Positions 38,730 through 50,652 of a stretch of 64,000 bases of DNA are shown piece by piece. Source of the DNA: Candidatus Raskinella chloraquaticus. GTDB lineage: Bacteria; Pseudomonadota; Alphaproteobacteria; Rhizobiales; UBA4765. The notes under the pieces are model-generated. The model was not told where the DNA came from. It saw nothing but the letters and a program-made list of their open reading frames with translations, and searched no databases. The stretch spans positions 890-64,889 of the forward strand of contig DEZK01000007.1 in NCBI GenBank assembly GCA_002365175.1, given 5' to 3'. Numbering within the stretch: the stretch's first letter is position 1; each line of letters opens with the position of its first letter. The translations under genes and the position numbers were made by a program.

Positions 38730-38808
38730 GCCATGTTCTCCTAGTCAGGGCCTGCTATCACCGCATGAATGGCAAATTCATCTGCCTCATCCGGTCCTTG
38801 AGCCATCC

Positions 38809-39105
38809 TCAAAATCGCGGGTCGCGATAAACGGGCAACACACACGAGCGTCCATTGTAATTGGCCGGCCCGCCCGCTCGCTCATCGGTCCAATCCTGCG
38901 CCGGCCGATCACGAACGATGCGCTCGAAGGGGCTGGTATTGTAATCGCACAGAGGCAATCGCGTGTCGACCTTGCCGGTGGCCTTCTCGCGCCGCCCGTC
39001 AACGTACAAGACGGCGGCGCGCGGCGGCAGCGGGCGCAGTTGCGGTGGAGGCGAGGATGCGATCTGGCAGGCGCCCAGCAGCACACCAACGAAATTGCAA
39101 GACAT
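38809..39105 (-). CDS. Small hypothetical lipoprotein
   Basis: MSCNFVGVLLGAC lipobox, with GGAGAG upstream of the ATG at 39105. It is the only non-overlapping part of a 250-aa track ORF. Confidence 0.45.
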   Translation of the reverse strand: MSCNFVGVLLGACQIASSPPPQLRPLPPRAAVLYVDGRREKATGKVDTRLPLCDYNTSPFERIVRDRPAQDWTDERAGGPANYNGRSCVLPVYRDPRF

Positions 39106-39127
39106 CAACCACTCTCCGTCCCGGCAC

Positions 39128-40507
39128 TCAGCCGGCAAGCGCTGCCATGACACGCGCCCAGGAGCGGGCGCCGCGCTGGAAAGAAGCCAGCTCATATTTC
39201 TCATTGGGCGAATGAATACGGTCGTCGTCAAGCCCAAAGCCGATGAGGAGCGAATCCATGCCAAGCACCTCCTTGAAGGCACCAACGACGGGAATTGAGC
39301 CGCCACCACCGATGATGAAGGCCTCATTGCCCCATTCAGTCGACAGCGCCGCCCGCGCATTCTGGAATGCTGCGCCGCCACTGGGCAGCACAATGCCCGG
39401 GCTTGCTCCGTGATCACGAAACTCGACCTGGCAATCAGCCGGGAGATTGTCGCGCACAAATGTACGGAAACTGTCGCGGATTTTCTGCGGATTCTGCCGG
39501 CCGACAAGGCGAAACGACACCTTGGCCGACGCCTTGGCCGGCAGAACGGTCTTGAAACCATCGCCAGTGTAACCCCCGACGATGCCGTTCATTTCGCAGG
39601 TAGGCCGCGCCCACAGCATTTCGAGAACAGTGCGGCCCTTTTCTCCCGCCGGTGTCTTCAGCCCGACATCGCCGAGAAATTCCGCGACGTCGAAGGGCAG
39701 CTTGTCCCACGACGCCTTGAGATCGGCAGAAATTTCGTCCACCCCGTCATAGAACCCCGGGAGCGTCACCTTGCCTGCATCATCGTGAAGTTTCGCCAGA
39801 ACCTTGGCAAGCGCCCGGATCGGATTTTGCGCCGGCCCGCCAAAGCCGCCGGAATGAAGATCGCGGTCAGCGCAGGTGATAATTACCTCTTCGCCAACCA
39901 GGCCACGCAATGAACCTGTGATCGCCGGTGTGCCAGCGTCCCACATGCCGGTGTCGCAGACCAGAACGAGATCAGCCTTCAGTTCATCCTTGGCAGCCTG
40001 AAGAAAGGCATTGAGGCTGGGTGAACCTGATTCTTCCTCGCCCTCGAGAAAAATCGTCACATCGAGCGGCAGATCGCCATGGGTCTCGATAAAGCCGCGG
40101 GCTGCCTCGATAAAGGTCATCACCTGACCTTTGTCGTCGGCCGCGCCACGCCCCATGATCTGCTGGCCATTAGCGCCGTTCTTGAGATGCGGCTCGAAAG
40201 GCGGGGTCGCCCACAAGGACAATGGATCGACGGGCTGGACATCATAATGGCCGTAAAACAGGACCCGCCTGGCCCCTGGTTTACGGCGGTGCGCGACCAC
40301 CATGGGATGGCCGGGCGTCGCACGCAGGGACGCTTCAAAGCCAAGGCTCTTCAGCTCGCTCACCAGCCATTCGGCCGCCTTCCTGCAATCAGCGGCAAAG
40401 GCTGGATCGGTCGAAATAGAGGGAATACGCAAAAGCTCGAAAAGCCGGTCCAGCGCGGCATGACGATTGGTGTCGATCTTGGCGAGAACCGGGTCGATGG
40501 CGTTCAT
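39128..40507 (-). CDS. M20 family metallopeptidase (dipeptidase/ArgE/CPG2-like)
   Basis: The likely start is MNAIDPVLAKID..LLRIPSISTDP.. at 40507. Also ..VLFYGHYDVQP.. and ..GRGAADDKGQ.. Confidence 0.88.
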   Translation of the reverse strand: MNAIDPVLAKIDTNRHAALDRLFELLRIPSISTDPAFAADCRKAAEWLVSELKSLGFEASLRATPGHPMVVAHRRKPGARRVLFYGHYDVQPVDPLSLWATPPFEPHLKNGANGQQIMGRGAADDKGQVMTFIEAARGFIETHGDLPLDVTIFLEGEEESGSPSLNAFLQAAKDELKADLVLVCDTGMWDAGTPAITGSLRGLVGEEVIITCADRDLHSGGFGGPAQNPIRALAKVLAKLHDDAGKVTLPGFYDGVDEISADLKASWDKLPFDVAEFLGDVGLKTPAGEKGRTVLEMLWARPTCEMNGIVGGYTGDGFKTVLPAKASAKVSFRLVGRQNPQKIRDSFRTFVRDNLPADCQVEFRDHGASPGIVLPSGGAAFQNARAALSTEWGNEAFIIGGGGSIPVVGAFKEVLGMDSLLIGFGLDDDRIHSPNEKYELASFQRGARSWARVMAALAG

Positions 40508-40682
40508 GAAAACCTGCTTGCTTGCAACATTACCGGGCGGACCATAGCGGTGCCAAACCTTCCCGCCAAGGCGTTCGATATCGCCCCTGCCCTGCGTCTT
40601 GTGGCAATTGACTGCTTCAGGGATCTTGATTTCACAAGCTTTCCATGAGCAAAAGCGCGCATTACCGGAAAAAGGTTGATCC

Positions 40683-42800
40683 ATGCCCGCCGCATTGCTG
40701 ACCAAGATCATGTTCTCGGCGACCCTTGGTTTAGCCGGATTTCTGCTGTTTCAGGTGCAACCGGTGCTTGCGAAGTTCATCCTGCCCTGGTTTGGCGGCA
40801 GCGCGACGACCTGGACGGTATGCATGCTGTTCTTCCAGCTCGCTTTGCTGGCAGGCTATGGCTACGCCTACGCGCTCACCGCACCGATCAGGCCGCGCAC
40901 CCAGGCGCTCCTGCATATCGGCCTGCTCGGGCTTGCCCTGCTTGCTCTGCCGATTACCCCGTCGGACGCCTACAAACCCGATAACGCCGACAATCCGCTC
41001 GGGCGCATCATGGCGCTGCTGACGGTGTGCGTCGGGCTGCCCTATATGGTCCTGTCCACCACCTCGCCCCTGCTGCAACGCTGGCTTGCCCAGATCGACC
41101 GCTCGCTATTGGCCTCGCGCTTTTTTGCCGTCTCCAATCTAGGCTCGTTTCTTGGCCTGCTGAGCTATCCTTTCATCTTCGAGCCGTTGCTCTCCAGCCC
41201 CGAACAGACGATCGGGTGGTCGCGCCTTTTCGTTGTGTTTGCGCTCCTCATGGCGGGTTGCGCGGCGATTGTCCTGATGCGAGCCAACCCGCCCGCCACG
41301 ATGAGCGAGATGGCCGACGCCAGCGCAGCGCCCGCCGCCAGCGATCGATTTTGGTTATGGCTCGTCTACTCTGGGCTCGGCTCGGTGCTGCTGATTGCGA
41401 CCACCAACCAGATGACGCAGTGGACGGCCGTCATCCCCTTCCTGTGGATTTTGCCACTGTCGCTTTATCTTGCGACCTTCATCATCGCCTTCGGCTACCA
41501 GCACCTCTATCACCGGCTGGGGTTCTTTATCGGCTTTGTGCTGCTTGCAGTCGCCAGTGTCGGGCTGGTGCCCAGCGATCCAGGCGAGGGCCTGCTGCTG
41601 CGCCTTGCGTTCAATGCCGCGACGATGACGGCAGGATGCATGATCTGCCATGCCGAAATGGTCCGCCTGCAGCCGCCCGCCACACGCCTGCCGCGCTTTT
41701 ACATGGCGATTTCGCTCGGTGGCGCCCTTGGCGGCATCGCGGTGGCGCTGATTGCCCCGCTGATTTTCTCCGATTACTGGGAATATCCGCTGGCCCTGAT
41801 AGCTACCACCGTGATGGGTGCTGCCCTGTCATGGCGCAGCCTCGAGCCAGGCGCACGCGGGCAACGCCTGGCGCTGATCGCCAGCTGTGCGTCAGCGATT
41901 GCTGGTGCAGGCTATGCCCTGTCGCAGACGGCGCATAGTGAGCGAGACGTCGTCGATCGCATCCGCAATTTCTACGGGGTCGTGAAAATTATTCGCGAAC
42001 ATCAGGACGAGCCGGAACGCTTCTCGCTCACCATGGTGCAGGCGGGCGTGCCGCAGGGTTCGCAATACCAGATCCCGGCCAGACGCAATGAACCTTATTG
42101 CGCCTTCCTGCCAGGCTCCGGCGTCGGCCACGCCCTTGCAGCGTTGCGGGCCCGGCCTGCGGCAAGCAAAATGCCACTTCGCATCGGCTCGGTCGGCCTT
42201 GGTGTCGGCGTTCTGGCAGCACTTGGTCAACCCGGTGATGACATGCGTGTCTATGAGCTCAACCCGGCTGTGACCGACCTCACCAACCGGCATTTCTCCT
42301 TCGTGCGCGACAGCAAGGCCAAGGTGCAGGTTTTCCATGGCGACGGGCGCATCCTGCTGGAGCGCGAGCTTGCCGCCGGCACGCCCGGCAAGTTCGATCT
42401 TCTCGTCGTCGATGCCTTTCGCGGCGCCTCGCCGCCGCTCCATCTGATGACAAAAGAAGCCTTCGACATCTATCTCAGGCACCTGGCGCCCGGCGGTATT
42501 CTTGCCATCAATTTCGAGATCGACGTCTTCGGGCTGGCGCCGCTCCATCGCGGGCTGTCGAAGGAATTCAGTCTCAATGTCGGCTGGTTTGAAACGCCGT
42601 CCGCCAGCGATGATTGCGATGACACGGTGAGCTGGGCGCTTTACACGCGCGATGCGGCGCTTTTTGCTGCGCCCGACATCAAATCCGGCCTGTCGCAGTG
42701 GCGTGACGATGGCAAAAGCACGCTTTTGTGGACGGACGCCAACGCCAACCTGCTCAGCATCGTCAACTGGGACAATCTGATCGGGCGGGTGGCGGAGTAA
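40683..42800 (+). CDS. Fused polytopic-membrane / spermidine-synthase-like protein
   Basis: The N-terminal 400 aa or so contain many TM helices. The C-terminus has an aminopropyltransferase/methyltransferase-like fold (..DLLVVDAF..). Confidence 0.78.
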   Translation: MPAALLTKIMFSATLGLAGFLLFQVQPVLAKFILPWFGGSATTWTVCMLFFQLALLAGYGYAYALTAPIRPRTQALLHIGLLGLALLALPITPSDAYKPDNADNPLGRIMALLTVCVGLPYMVLSTTSPLLQRWLAQIDRSLLASRFFAVSNLGSFLGLLSYPFIFEPLLSSPEQTIGWSRLFVVFALLMAGCAAIVLMRANPPATMSEMADASAAPAASDRFWLWLVYSGLGSVLLIATTNQMTQWTAVIPFLWILPLSLYLATFIIAFGYQHLYHRLGFFIGFVLLAVASVGLVPSDPGEGLLLRLAFNAATMTAGCMICHAEMVRLQPPATRLPRFYMAISLGGALGGIAVALIAPLIFSDYWEYPLALIATTVMGAALSWRSLEPGARGQRLALIASCASAIAGAGYALSQTAHSERDVVDRIRNFYGVVKIIREHQDEPERFSLTMVQAGVPQGSQYQIPARRNEPYCAFLPGSGVGHALAALRARPAASKMPLRIGSVGLGVGVLAALGQPGDDMRVYELNPAVTDLTNRHFSFVRDSKAKVQVFHGDGRILLERELAAGTPGKFDLLVVDAFRGASPPLHLMTKEAFDIYLRHLAPGGILAINFEIDVFGLAPLHRGLSKEFSLNVGWFETPSASDDCDDTVSWALYTRDAALFAAPDIKSGLSQWRDDGKSTLLWTDANANLLSIVNWDNLIGRVAE

Positions 42801-42845
42801 TCCACCGCATTGACTTTCAGGCACAGGAAGCAGACCTTGACACCT

Positions 42846-44864
<2,019 letters not shown>

Positions 44865-44965
44865 CGGCGAAAGAAGTGATTTTCACTTGCGTGCTTATCC
44901 AGAATAATTTTTGTTTCCCTCTCGATGCCTGTGGAATACAGATTTAATCCTCTTGAGTAGTACAG

Positions 44966-47038
44966 ATGGTAGCGACGTCCAGCCCTTCCGATACTCCGCC
45001 TGTCTCTCCTGCGCCTCCACCCAATGATGATTATTTTAGTGTCATAGGGTCACGTCCCGCTTACAAAATTCGCGATATATGTCTTGCACGGCATATTATC
45101 TTTCGTGATGTTATTGGTAATAAGCGCCCAATCGGAAAAATAAATACAGATCGTTCAGACGCACTCACAGATTTTATTAAATGTTTTGTCGGCGAGGCCA
45201 ATAAACTACCGATTAATGGAGCCTTTTATTTTTCAGCTCCTATTTGTATCGATATTTCGAATAATACCGCGCCTACCGACACTCACGATGATAACACATA
45301 TATTAAGAATATTCCCTCTTCTTTTAAATCATCAAATCAAACTCACACGATTTATTTTGGCGCTGTAATTATACAAAATCTGAAATGGGATTTTCGTCTT
45401 CGTCTTGACTGTCATCAAGAGTATACAACATTGACTTTTTTACTTGATAATTGTATGGAAGCAATTGACAAAATCAACAATAACGAATTACATTACGACG
45501 ATTTATATAACAATATATGGAATATTATGGATGGCAACTTATTACAATCTTCCAGAAGTGATCCACCTGGCTGCGGGTGGAAGCATGAATTGCTGGAAAA
45601 GCTTTCCGGCAACAAAGAGGAAGCGGGCGCAAATCGGACAACCGCTCTATCAAAGCGAATTATTGAATTTAAAGGATATTCACGGCATATATATGACAAT
45701 AAAACATATGTATTTAAACCTTCCATTCCACCATTTCCAGAAGTTGATTATTATATAAAAAATAGAAAAAATGACGGCGTAATTAGTAACTTATTGATTT
45801 CACACATAAAAAAACATCATGAATTATATTATGATATTATTGGAGGCCCAGCGAAAGACGTCGTTTCACCTTGGGAAGATAGAAATACCATACTTTGCGG
45901 AATGTTAGGTGGGGCGGCCATCTATGGATCGAATCTGGGCCGAAAATCCAGAGACCCGGCGGGCATCGCCGCCGATGTTCATTATTTTGTTGTCTATGAT
46001 GGCCCTTCGGCCGAGCAGCTGGGCCGACTTATGCGCTTGCTCCATGTCCTGGGCGAGCTGAGGCATGCCGCCCTGTTTGATAGCAATGATTTACGCTTGG
46101 CAGGTATCGAGTTGCGCCAGATGGGGCAACTTTGGGGCGATGGAATTCGCTATGCCGATCATGAAAGCAAAGACGATTCACGAAAAACTTTTGAAGAACT
46201 CAATTTTTGCTCTACTTTTTGTGAGTCACCCTTTTATGAGACATATGGAGACGAATTTTATATTCATTACCGTGACGAGTTTAATCAATGGCGCTTTCGG
46301 GGTTTGACCGAATTGTGCCACGGAGATCTGTCTTTCAGGCTGGGACGCAGCGCATTTTATGCCGATACGTTCAGGAAGCGCGTGTATGACTTGCGTTGCG
46401 TTCGCATCGACGGCTTACAATCCTACGACGACTTCATGCGACGTAATGTCGAATATTATTTTGATCGAAGCGAATCTATCGCGCGGCGGTTTCATTCCGC
46501 GCAAGGCGCGATGCGTTATATCAACGAACGCCGTATCGCAAAAGGCGACGAACATCGACAAGAAACAGGAAAACTTCTTGGAGTTGTCGGTATAATTTTT
46601 GGGATTTTTACAGCAGGCACGTCAATTCGTGATTACTTATTTCCTATGGACTCTGTTTTAACATTATATACATCTTTTTTAAATTTATGCGATAATAATA
46701 AATATAATAACTGCACTAATATCCATAATAATTTAAATTACGATATTATTTTTTCCTTAATAATATGTATTTTATTTTTGATATTATTTATTTTGTCGTC
46801 ATTTACGCTACTTTTATTATCTAAATCTATACATGACCGCTTTATTTCTACTCACATCAAAAATATTGCTCGTAAGTCAGTTAAATTCCCACCTCGCTCG
46901 ACCATCGACAAAGAGAGGACCGCAAATGATAAACCGGCACAATACACCCTCTGGGAATCATTTTTGAATTGGTGGATAGGCTTTGATGGATCTAAAATCC
47001 ACAAGTGCTCGACAAATCAACCAGGTAAGACCGACTGA
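44966..47038 (+). CDS. AT-rich 690-aa membrane-anchored protein, probable expanded DUF3422-family relative
   Basis: A single long ORF in DNA far more AT-rich than its flanks. It has two predicted C-terminal TM helices (LLGVVGIIFGIFTAG; IIFSLIICILFLILFILSSFTLLLL). The motifs HQEYTTLTF, GRLMRLLHVLGELRHAAL and FRLGRSAFYADTFRKRVYDLRCVRIDGLQSYDDFMRR resemble DUF3422 signatures from memory. Confidence 0.6.
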   Translation: MVATSSPSDTPPVSPAPPPNDDYFSVIGSRPAYKIRDICLARHIIFRDVIGNKRPIGKINTDRSDALTDFIKCFVGEANKLPINGAFYFSAPICIDISNNTAPTDTHDDNTYIKNIPSSFKSSNQTHTIYFGAVIIQNLKWDFRLRLDCHQEYTTLTFLLDNCMEAIDKINNNELHYDDLYNNIWNIMDGNLLQSSRSDPPGCGWKHELLEKLSGNKEEAGANRTTALSKRIIEFKGYSRHIYDNKTYVFKPSIPPFPEVDYYIKNRKNDGVISNLLISHIKKHHELYYDIIGGPAKDVVSPWEDRNTILCGMLGGAAIYGSNLGRKSRDPAGIAADVHYFVVYDGPSAEQLGRLMRLLHVLGELRHAALFDSNDLRLAGIELRQMGQLWGDGIRYADHESKDDSRKTFEELNFCSTFCESPFYETYGDEFYIHYRDEFNQWRFRGLTELCHGDLSFRLGRSAFYADTFRKRVYDLRCVRIDGLQSYDDFMRRNVEYYFDRSESIARRFHSAQGAMRYINERRIAKGDEHRQETGKLLGVVGIIFGIFTAGTSIRDYLFPMDSVLTLYTSFLNLCDNNKYNNCTNIHNNLNYDIIFSLIICILFLILFILSSFTLLLLSKSIHDRFISTHIKNIARKSVKFPPRSTIDKERTANDKPAQYTLWESFLNWWIGFDGSKIHKCSTNQPGKTD

Positions 47039-47152
47039 TCAATAGGTTGTTGCTCTTCGCTCTTCACCAAACCGTGAACAGCACTTGGCCCTTACCTCGG
47101 CTTCAATGCGCCACCGGCGTAAACAAGCGGCCGGGCAACCAGGGGAGCAAAC

Positions 47153-47647
47153 ATGTTGACGCGTTGGATCATGGCAGGTGCCGCCACAATGGCTTTGGGC
47201 GGAGCGGCGGGGGCTCAGGAATTATTGACCGAGAAAAACCTGTCGCTGGCGATCGCCAATGAGATTGCACAGGCGACCATGGCAAGCTGCACGGCGAGCG
47301 GCTTCAGGGTAACGGTGACTGTGCTCGACCGGGCGGGCGAAGTGAAGATGATGATCCGCGGCGATGGCACGAACCCGCACACGGTGGAGAACAGCCGGCG
47401 CAAGGCCTATACCTCACGCACGCTTGGTGTGCCCTCAGCCCAGTTCGCCGAGGAGTATTTCAAGCCGACCAATACCCGTGTCGCGCAGGGCACATTGCCG
47501 GGCTTCATCGCACTCGCCGGTGCGCTGCCGATCAAGGTTGGCAATGAAACGATCGGGGCAGTGGGCGTTTCGGGTGCGCCTGGCGGCGACAAGGACGAGG
47601 TTTGTGCCAAGGCCGGCATCGACAAGGTCGCCGACAAGCTCAAATAG
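47153..47647 (+). CDS. GlcG/HbpS-family (DUF336) heme-binding protein, secreted
   Basis: Signal peptide, then ..GAVGVSGAPGGDKDEVCAKAGI.. Confidence 0.85.
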   Translation: MLTRWIMAGAATMALGGAAGAQELLTEKNLSLAIANEIAQATMASCTASGFRVTVTVLDRAGEVKMMIRGDGTNPHTVENSRRKAYTSRTLGVPSAQFAEEYFKPTNTRVAQGTLPGFIALAGALPIKVGNETIGAVGVSGAPGGDKDEVCAKAGIDKVADKLK

Positions 47648-47685
47648 GCTGTGATCGCGCCGGATGTGGGGCGGATCGCTCCGTC

Positions 47686-49521
47686 TCACGTCCAGTGGCG
47701 CAGCCACATTTCCATCACCAGCGCGTTGAACAGAATGTGCCGGTTCTTGCGTTTTCCCGGCACCGCGGTGCCCAGCGTCACGACGTCGGCGAGCGCCTTG
47801 GGATCGAGCCATTCATGCAGGCGTATCCCTGGGCCGGTCAGGTGATCGGTGACGATGGATAACAGGCGCTGGGGATCGCGCAGCCACTCATAGATGGGAA
47901 CAGGAAAGCCCATTTTGGGGCGCTCGACGATATCGTCCGGCAATTCGCCGCGCCGGGCGAGAATGCGCAAGATGTGCTTTGTCTCGTAGACGCCGGACGC
48001 ATTGCGTCCGACGCGCAGATGATCGGGCAGCCGGGCAGCAGCCTCAACCAGGCGAAAATCAAGAAACGGCGTGCGCAGTTCGACCGAGGTCGACATCGAC
48101 ATCTTGTCCGCCTTCATCAGCAGGTCTTCGACCAGCCAATCCTGGCAATAGAGATAAAGTGCCTGCGACAGCGGCGTCGCGTCGCCGTAACGGGCAAGTG
48201 CCTGTCGGTCGCCAGCGTGAGAATCGGCGTAATCGCTGCGGCGAAACAGCAACGCTTTCTGCTCGTCGCTGAGATAGGCCGTCATCGTCGGCGGCAGTCT
48301 GGCACGGCGAAGATCGAGGAGCGCGGGATCAACCCCGGTGTCGCCCGCCCGCGCCAGCGCTGCTGCGCCATCCCATTGCTTGGCCGCCTGATCGAAGGAA
48401 TAGCCGCCCAGCGTCTCGTCCGCGCCTTCACCCGACAGAACGACCTTTACATGTTCGCGAACCAGCTTGCACACATAGTGCATCGGCACGCAGACCGCGT
48501 CCGCGAGCGGCTCATCAGCGTAATGAACCAGGTCGGGCAGGAAATCCCGTACCTGCTGATGAGTGATGGCGATTTCGTTGTGATCAGAACCGATACGGCG
48601 AGCGACCTGACGCGCATAGGGTCGCTCGTCGATGTCGCAGGCGTCTTCGAAGGCAATCGAGAATGTCTTGAGCCTCGGGCCCCCCGTGGCGCGCGCCGCC
48701 AGCAGGCTTGAATCAAGACCGCCACTCAGCAGGACGCCGACCGGCACGTCCGCCAGCATGCGCAACCGCGTTGCATCGCTCAGCAAAACATCAAACTCGG
48801 CGATATGATCGGCGTCATGCCAGGCTTGCGGTGCGGGGGTGGGAATATCCCACCAGCGCTCGATCAGCGGGGCGGTGGCGCCAGTGCGCAAAGTGAGGTG
48901 ATGCGCGGGAGGCAGCTTGTAAATCCCCTGCCAGATGGTTTGCGGCTGGGGAATGTAGCGGAAGGTGAAATAGTCCCAGATCGCCTGCGCATTGATGGCG
49001 GGGCGCAGCGGCAAAGCAGACAAAATGGCCTTGATCTCGGAGGCAAAGATCAACCGCTCGCCGTCCCACGCATAATAGAGGGGCTTTACCCCCATGCGGT
49101 CGCGCAACAGATAAAGGCTGCGCTGGCGGCGATCCCAGATGGCAATCGCAAACATGCCGTTCAGCAGATTGAGGCTTTCCAGCCCGTCGCGCGCAAACAG
49201 GTGCAGCACCACTTCGGTGTCGCTGCGTGTGCGGAAGGAATGGCCTTGCGCAATGAGCCGGTTGCGCAAGTCGTGATGGTTATAGATCTCGCCATTGAAG
49301 ACGATGGTCAGATTGCCATCGGGCGTCGTCATCGGCTGATGTCCGCCCGCAATGTCGATGATCGACAAGCGCCGCATGCCAAGGGCGACACCCTCGTCGA
49401 TAAAGGACCCCTCATCATCAGGGCCGCGATGATGGATCGTTGAGCACATGCGCAAAAGCCGCGCTTTGGCGGCGTCGCCCGCTCCCATCCGCGGATCACT
49501 CCAGCCCGCAATACCGCACAT
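47686..49521 (-). CDS. asnB: Asparagine synthase (glutamine-hydrolysing)
   Basis: MCGIAGW.. N-terminal nucleophile, and the ..LLSGGLDSS.. PP-loop. Confidence 0.9.
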   Translation of the reverse strand: MCGIAGWSDPRMGAGDAAKARLLRMCSTIHHRGPDDEGSFIDEGVALGMRRLSIIDIAGGHQPMTTPDGNLTIVFNGEIYNHHDLRNRLIAQGHSFRTRSDTEVVLHLFARDGLESLNLLNGMFAIAIWDRRQRSLYLLRDRMGVKPLYYAWDGERLIFASEIKAILSALPLRPAINAQAIWDYFTFRYIPQPQTIWQGIYKLPPAHHLTLRTGATAPLIERWWDIPTPAPQAWHDADHIAEFDVLLSDATRLRMLADVPVGVLLSGGLDSSLLAARATGGPRLKTFSIAFEDACDIDERPYARQVARRIGSDHNEIAITHQQVRDFLPDLVHYADEPLADAVCVPMHYVCKLVREHVKVVLSGEGADETLGGYSFDQAAKQWDGAAALARAGDTGVDPALLDLRRARLPPTMTAYLSDEQKALLFRRSDYADSHAGDRQALARYGDATPLSQALYLYCQDWLVEDLLMKADKMSMSTSVELRTPFLDFRLVEAAARLPDHLRVGRNASGVYETKHILRILARRGELPDDIVERPKMGFPVPIYEWLRDPQRLLSIVTDHLTGPGIRLHEWLDPKALADVVTLGTAVPGKRKNRHILFNALVMEMWLRHWT

Positions 49522-49668
49522 GAAACGGGCCTTCCTGCGGTTTAAGACGAAGCGCGGCAGTCGGACAGCAAAAACGAGGTATCACGGCACCCCAGAAGCG
49601 TCGTCATTGCCGTCAAAGGTAACATTGCATTTCCGGTTCTTCCCATCCGCTCAGCTTTCCCCGCCGTC

Positions 49669-50649
49669 TCAAAACCAGCGCTTGCGCTTGAAGAACCAGA
49701 TAGGCAGCGCCGCCGAGATCGCCATCATGCACAGCGCCATCGGATAACCAAGCGGCCAATCAAGTTCGGGAATGCCCTTGAAGTTCATGCCGTAGATCGA
49801 GGCGATCAAGGTCGGCGGCATGAGGACAACGGAGACCACCGAGAAGAGCTTGATGATGGCATTTTGTTCGATATTGATGAGCCCAAGGGACGCGTTCAGC
49901 AAAAAGCTCACCTGTCCGGAAATGTAATTCGTATGATCGAGCAGTGAACCGATGTCCTTGTCGATCGCCGCCATGCGGTTCTTCATATCACGGCCATAGG
50001 GAAGGTGGAACAGGTCGACCGTTTCGTTGAAATAATGAGCAATGCGGGCAAGCGATACGAGGCTCTCGCGCGATTTGGCGGCAAAATCTCCTCTTTTACC
50101 GATGCGCCGCAAAATTTCCTGAAAATTGCGCCCGGCGGCCCGCCCAGGATCGGCATCGAAAATTTCCGTCGATAATTTGTCCATATCGACATTGACGCTT
50201 TCCAGGATATCGGCGAGCCGGTCGATGATTGCTTCGATAAGGCCAGCAAAAATCAGCGGGCCGGCGCTGTCATGGTTATTGTGACGCATCAGCTTTTGAG
50301 AAAACGTGTCGAAAGCGCGCGGCTTGGTATAACGCACGGTGATGAGACGCTCACCGGCCAGCACGAAAGTGATCGGCGAAATGATCGGATTGCCGGTATC
50401 CGCATGGCTGATGATAGCAGCCGTCATGAAGACGGCGCCGTCTTCTGTATAAAGCCGGCTCGACACCTCGATTTCCTGCATCTCCTCACGGGTTGGAACA
50501 TTGATACCGAGGCAATGCTCGACCTGCCGTTCATCCAGCTCTGTTGGCTCGACGAGATCCATCCACACGACATTGGCTGGAAGAGCATCAAGCTGGTGAT
50601 CGCCGGCCATGACGATGTTGTGCTGCTCGTGGAGATAGGCGCGCAGCAT
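49669..50649 (-). CDS. corA: CorA family magnesium/cobalt transporter
   Basis: C-terminal ..IYGMNFKGIPELDW.. with two TM helices. Confidence 0.9.
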   Translation of the reverse strand: MLRAYLHEQHNIVMAGDHQLDALPANVVWMDLVEPTELDERQVEHCLGINVPTREEMQEIEVSSRLYTEDGAVFMTAAIISHADTGNPIISPITFVLAGERLITVRYTKPRAFDTFSQKLMRHNNHDSAGPLIFAGLIEAIIDRLADILESVNVDMDKLSTEIFDADPGRAAGRNFQEILRRIGKRGDFAAKSRESLVSLARIAHYFNETVDLFHLPYGRDMKNRMAAIDKDIGSLLDHTNYISGQVSFLLNASLGLINIEQNAIIKLFSVVSVVLMPPTLIASIYGMNFKGIPELDWPLGYPMALCMMAISAALPIWFFKRKRWF

Positions 50650-50652
50650 GTT

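Noticed and set aside
38809-39561. 250-aa minus-strand ORF spanning the gap between the aminotransferase and the M20 peptidase.
   Set aside because: Its upstream two-thirds overlaps the 3' end of the M20 peptidase gene out of frame. Only the last 98 codons (38809..39105), which have a lipobox and an RBS, are retained, as a tentative small lipoprotein.
44865-47152. Classical genomic-island hallmarks around the AT-rich gene: a tRNA target, an integrase, flanking direct repeats.
   Set aside because: None seen. The only shared flank word I found was a 6-mer (CACTTG), which is not meaningful. The region is therefore reported as a compositional insertion, not as a mobile element.
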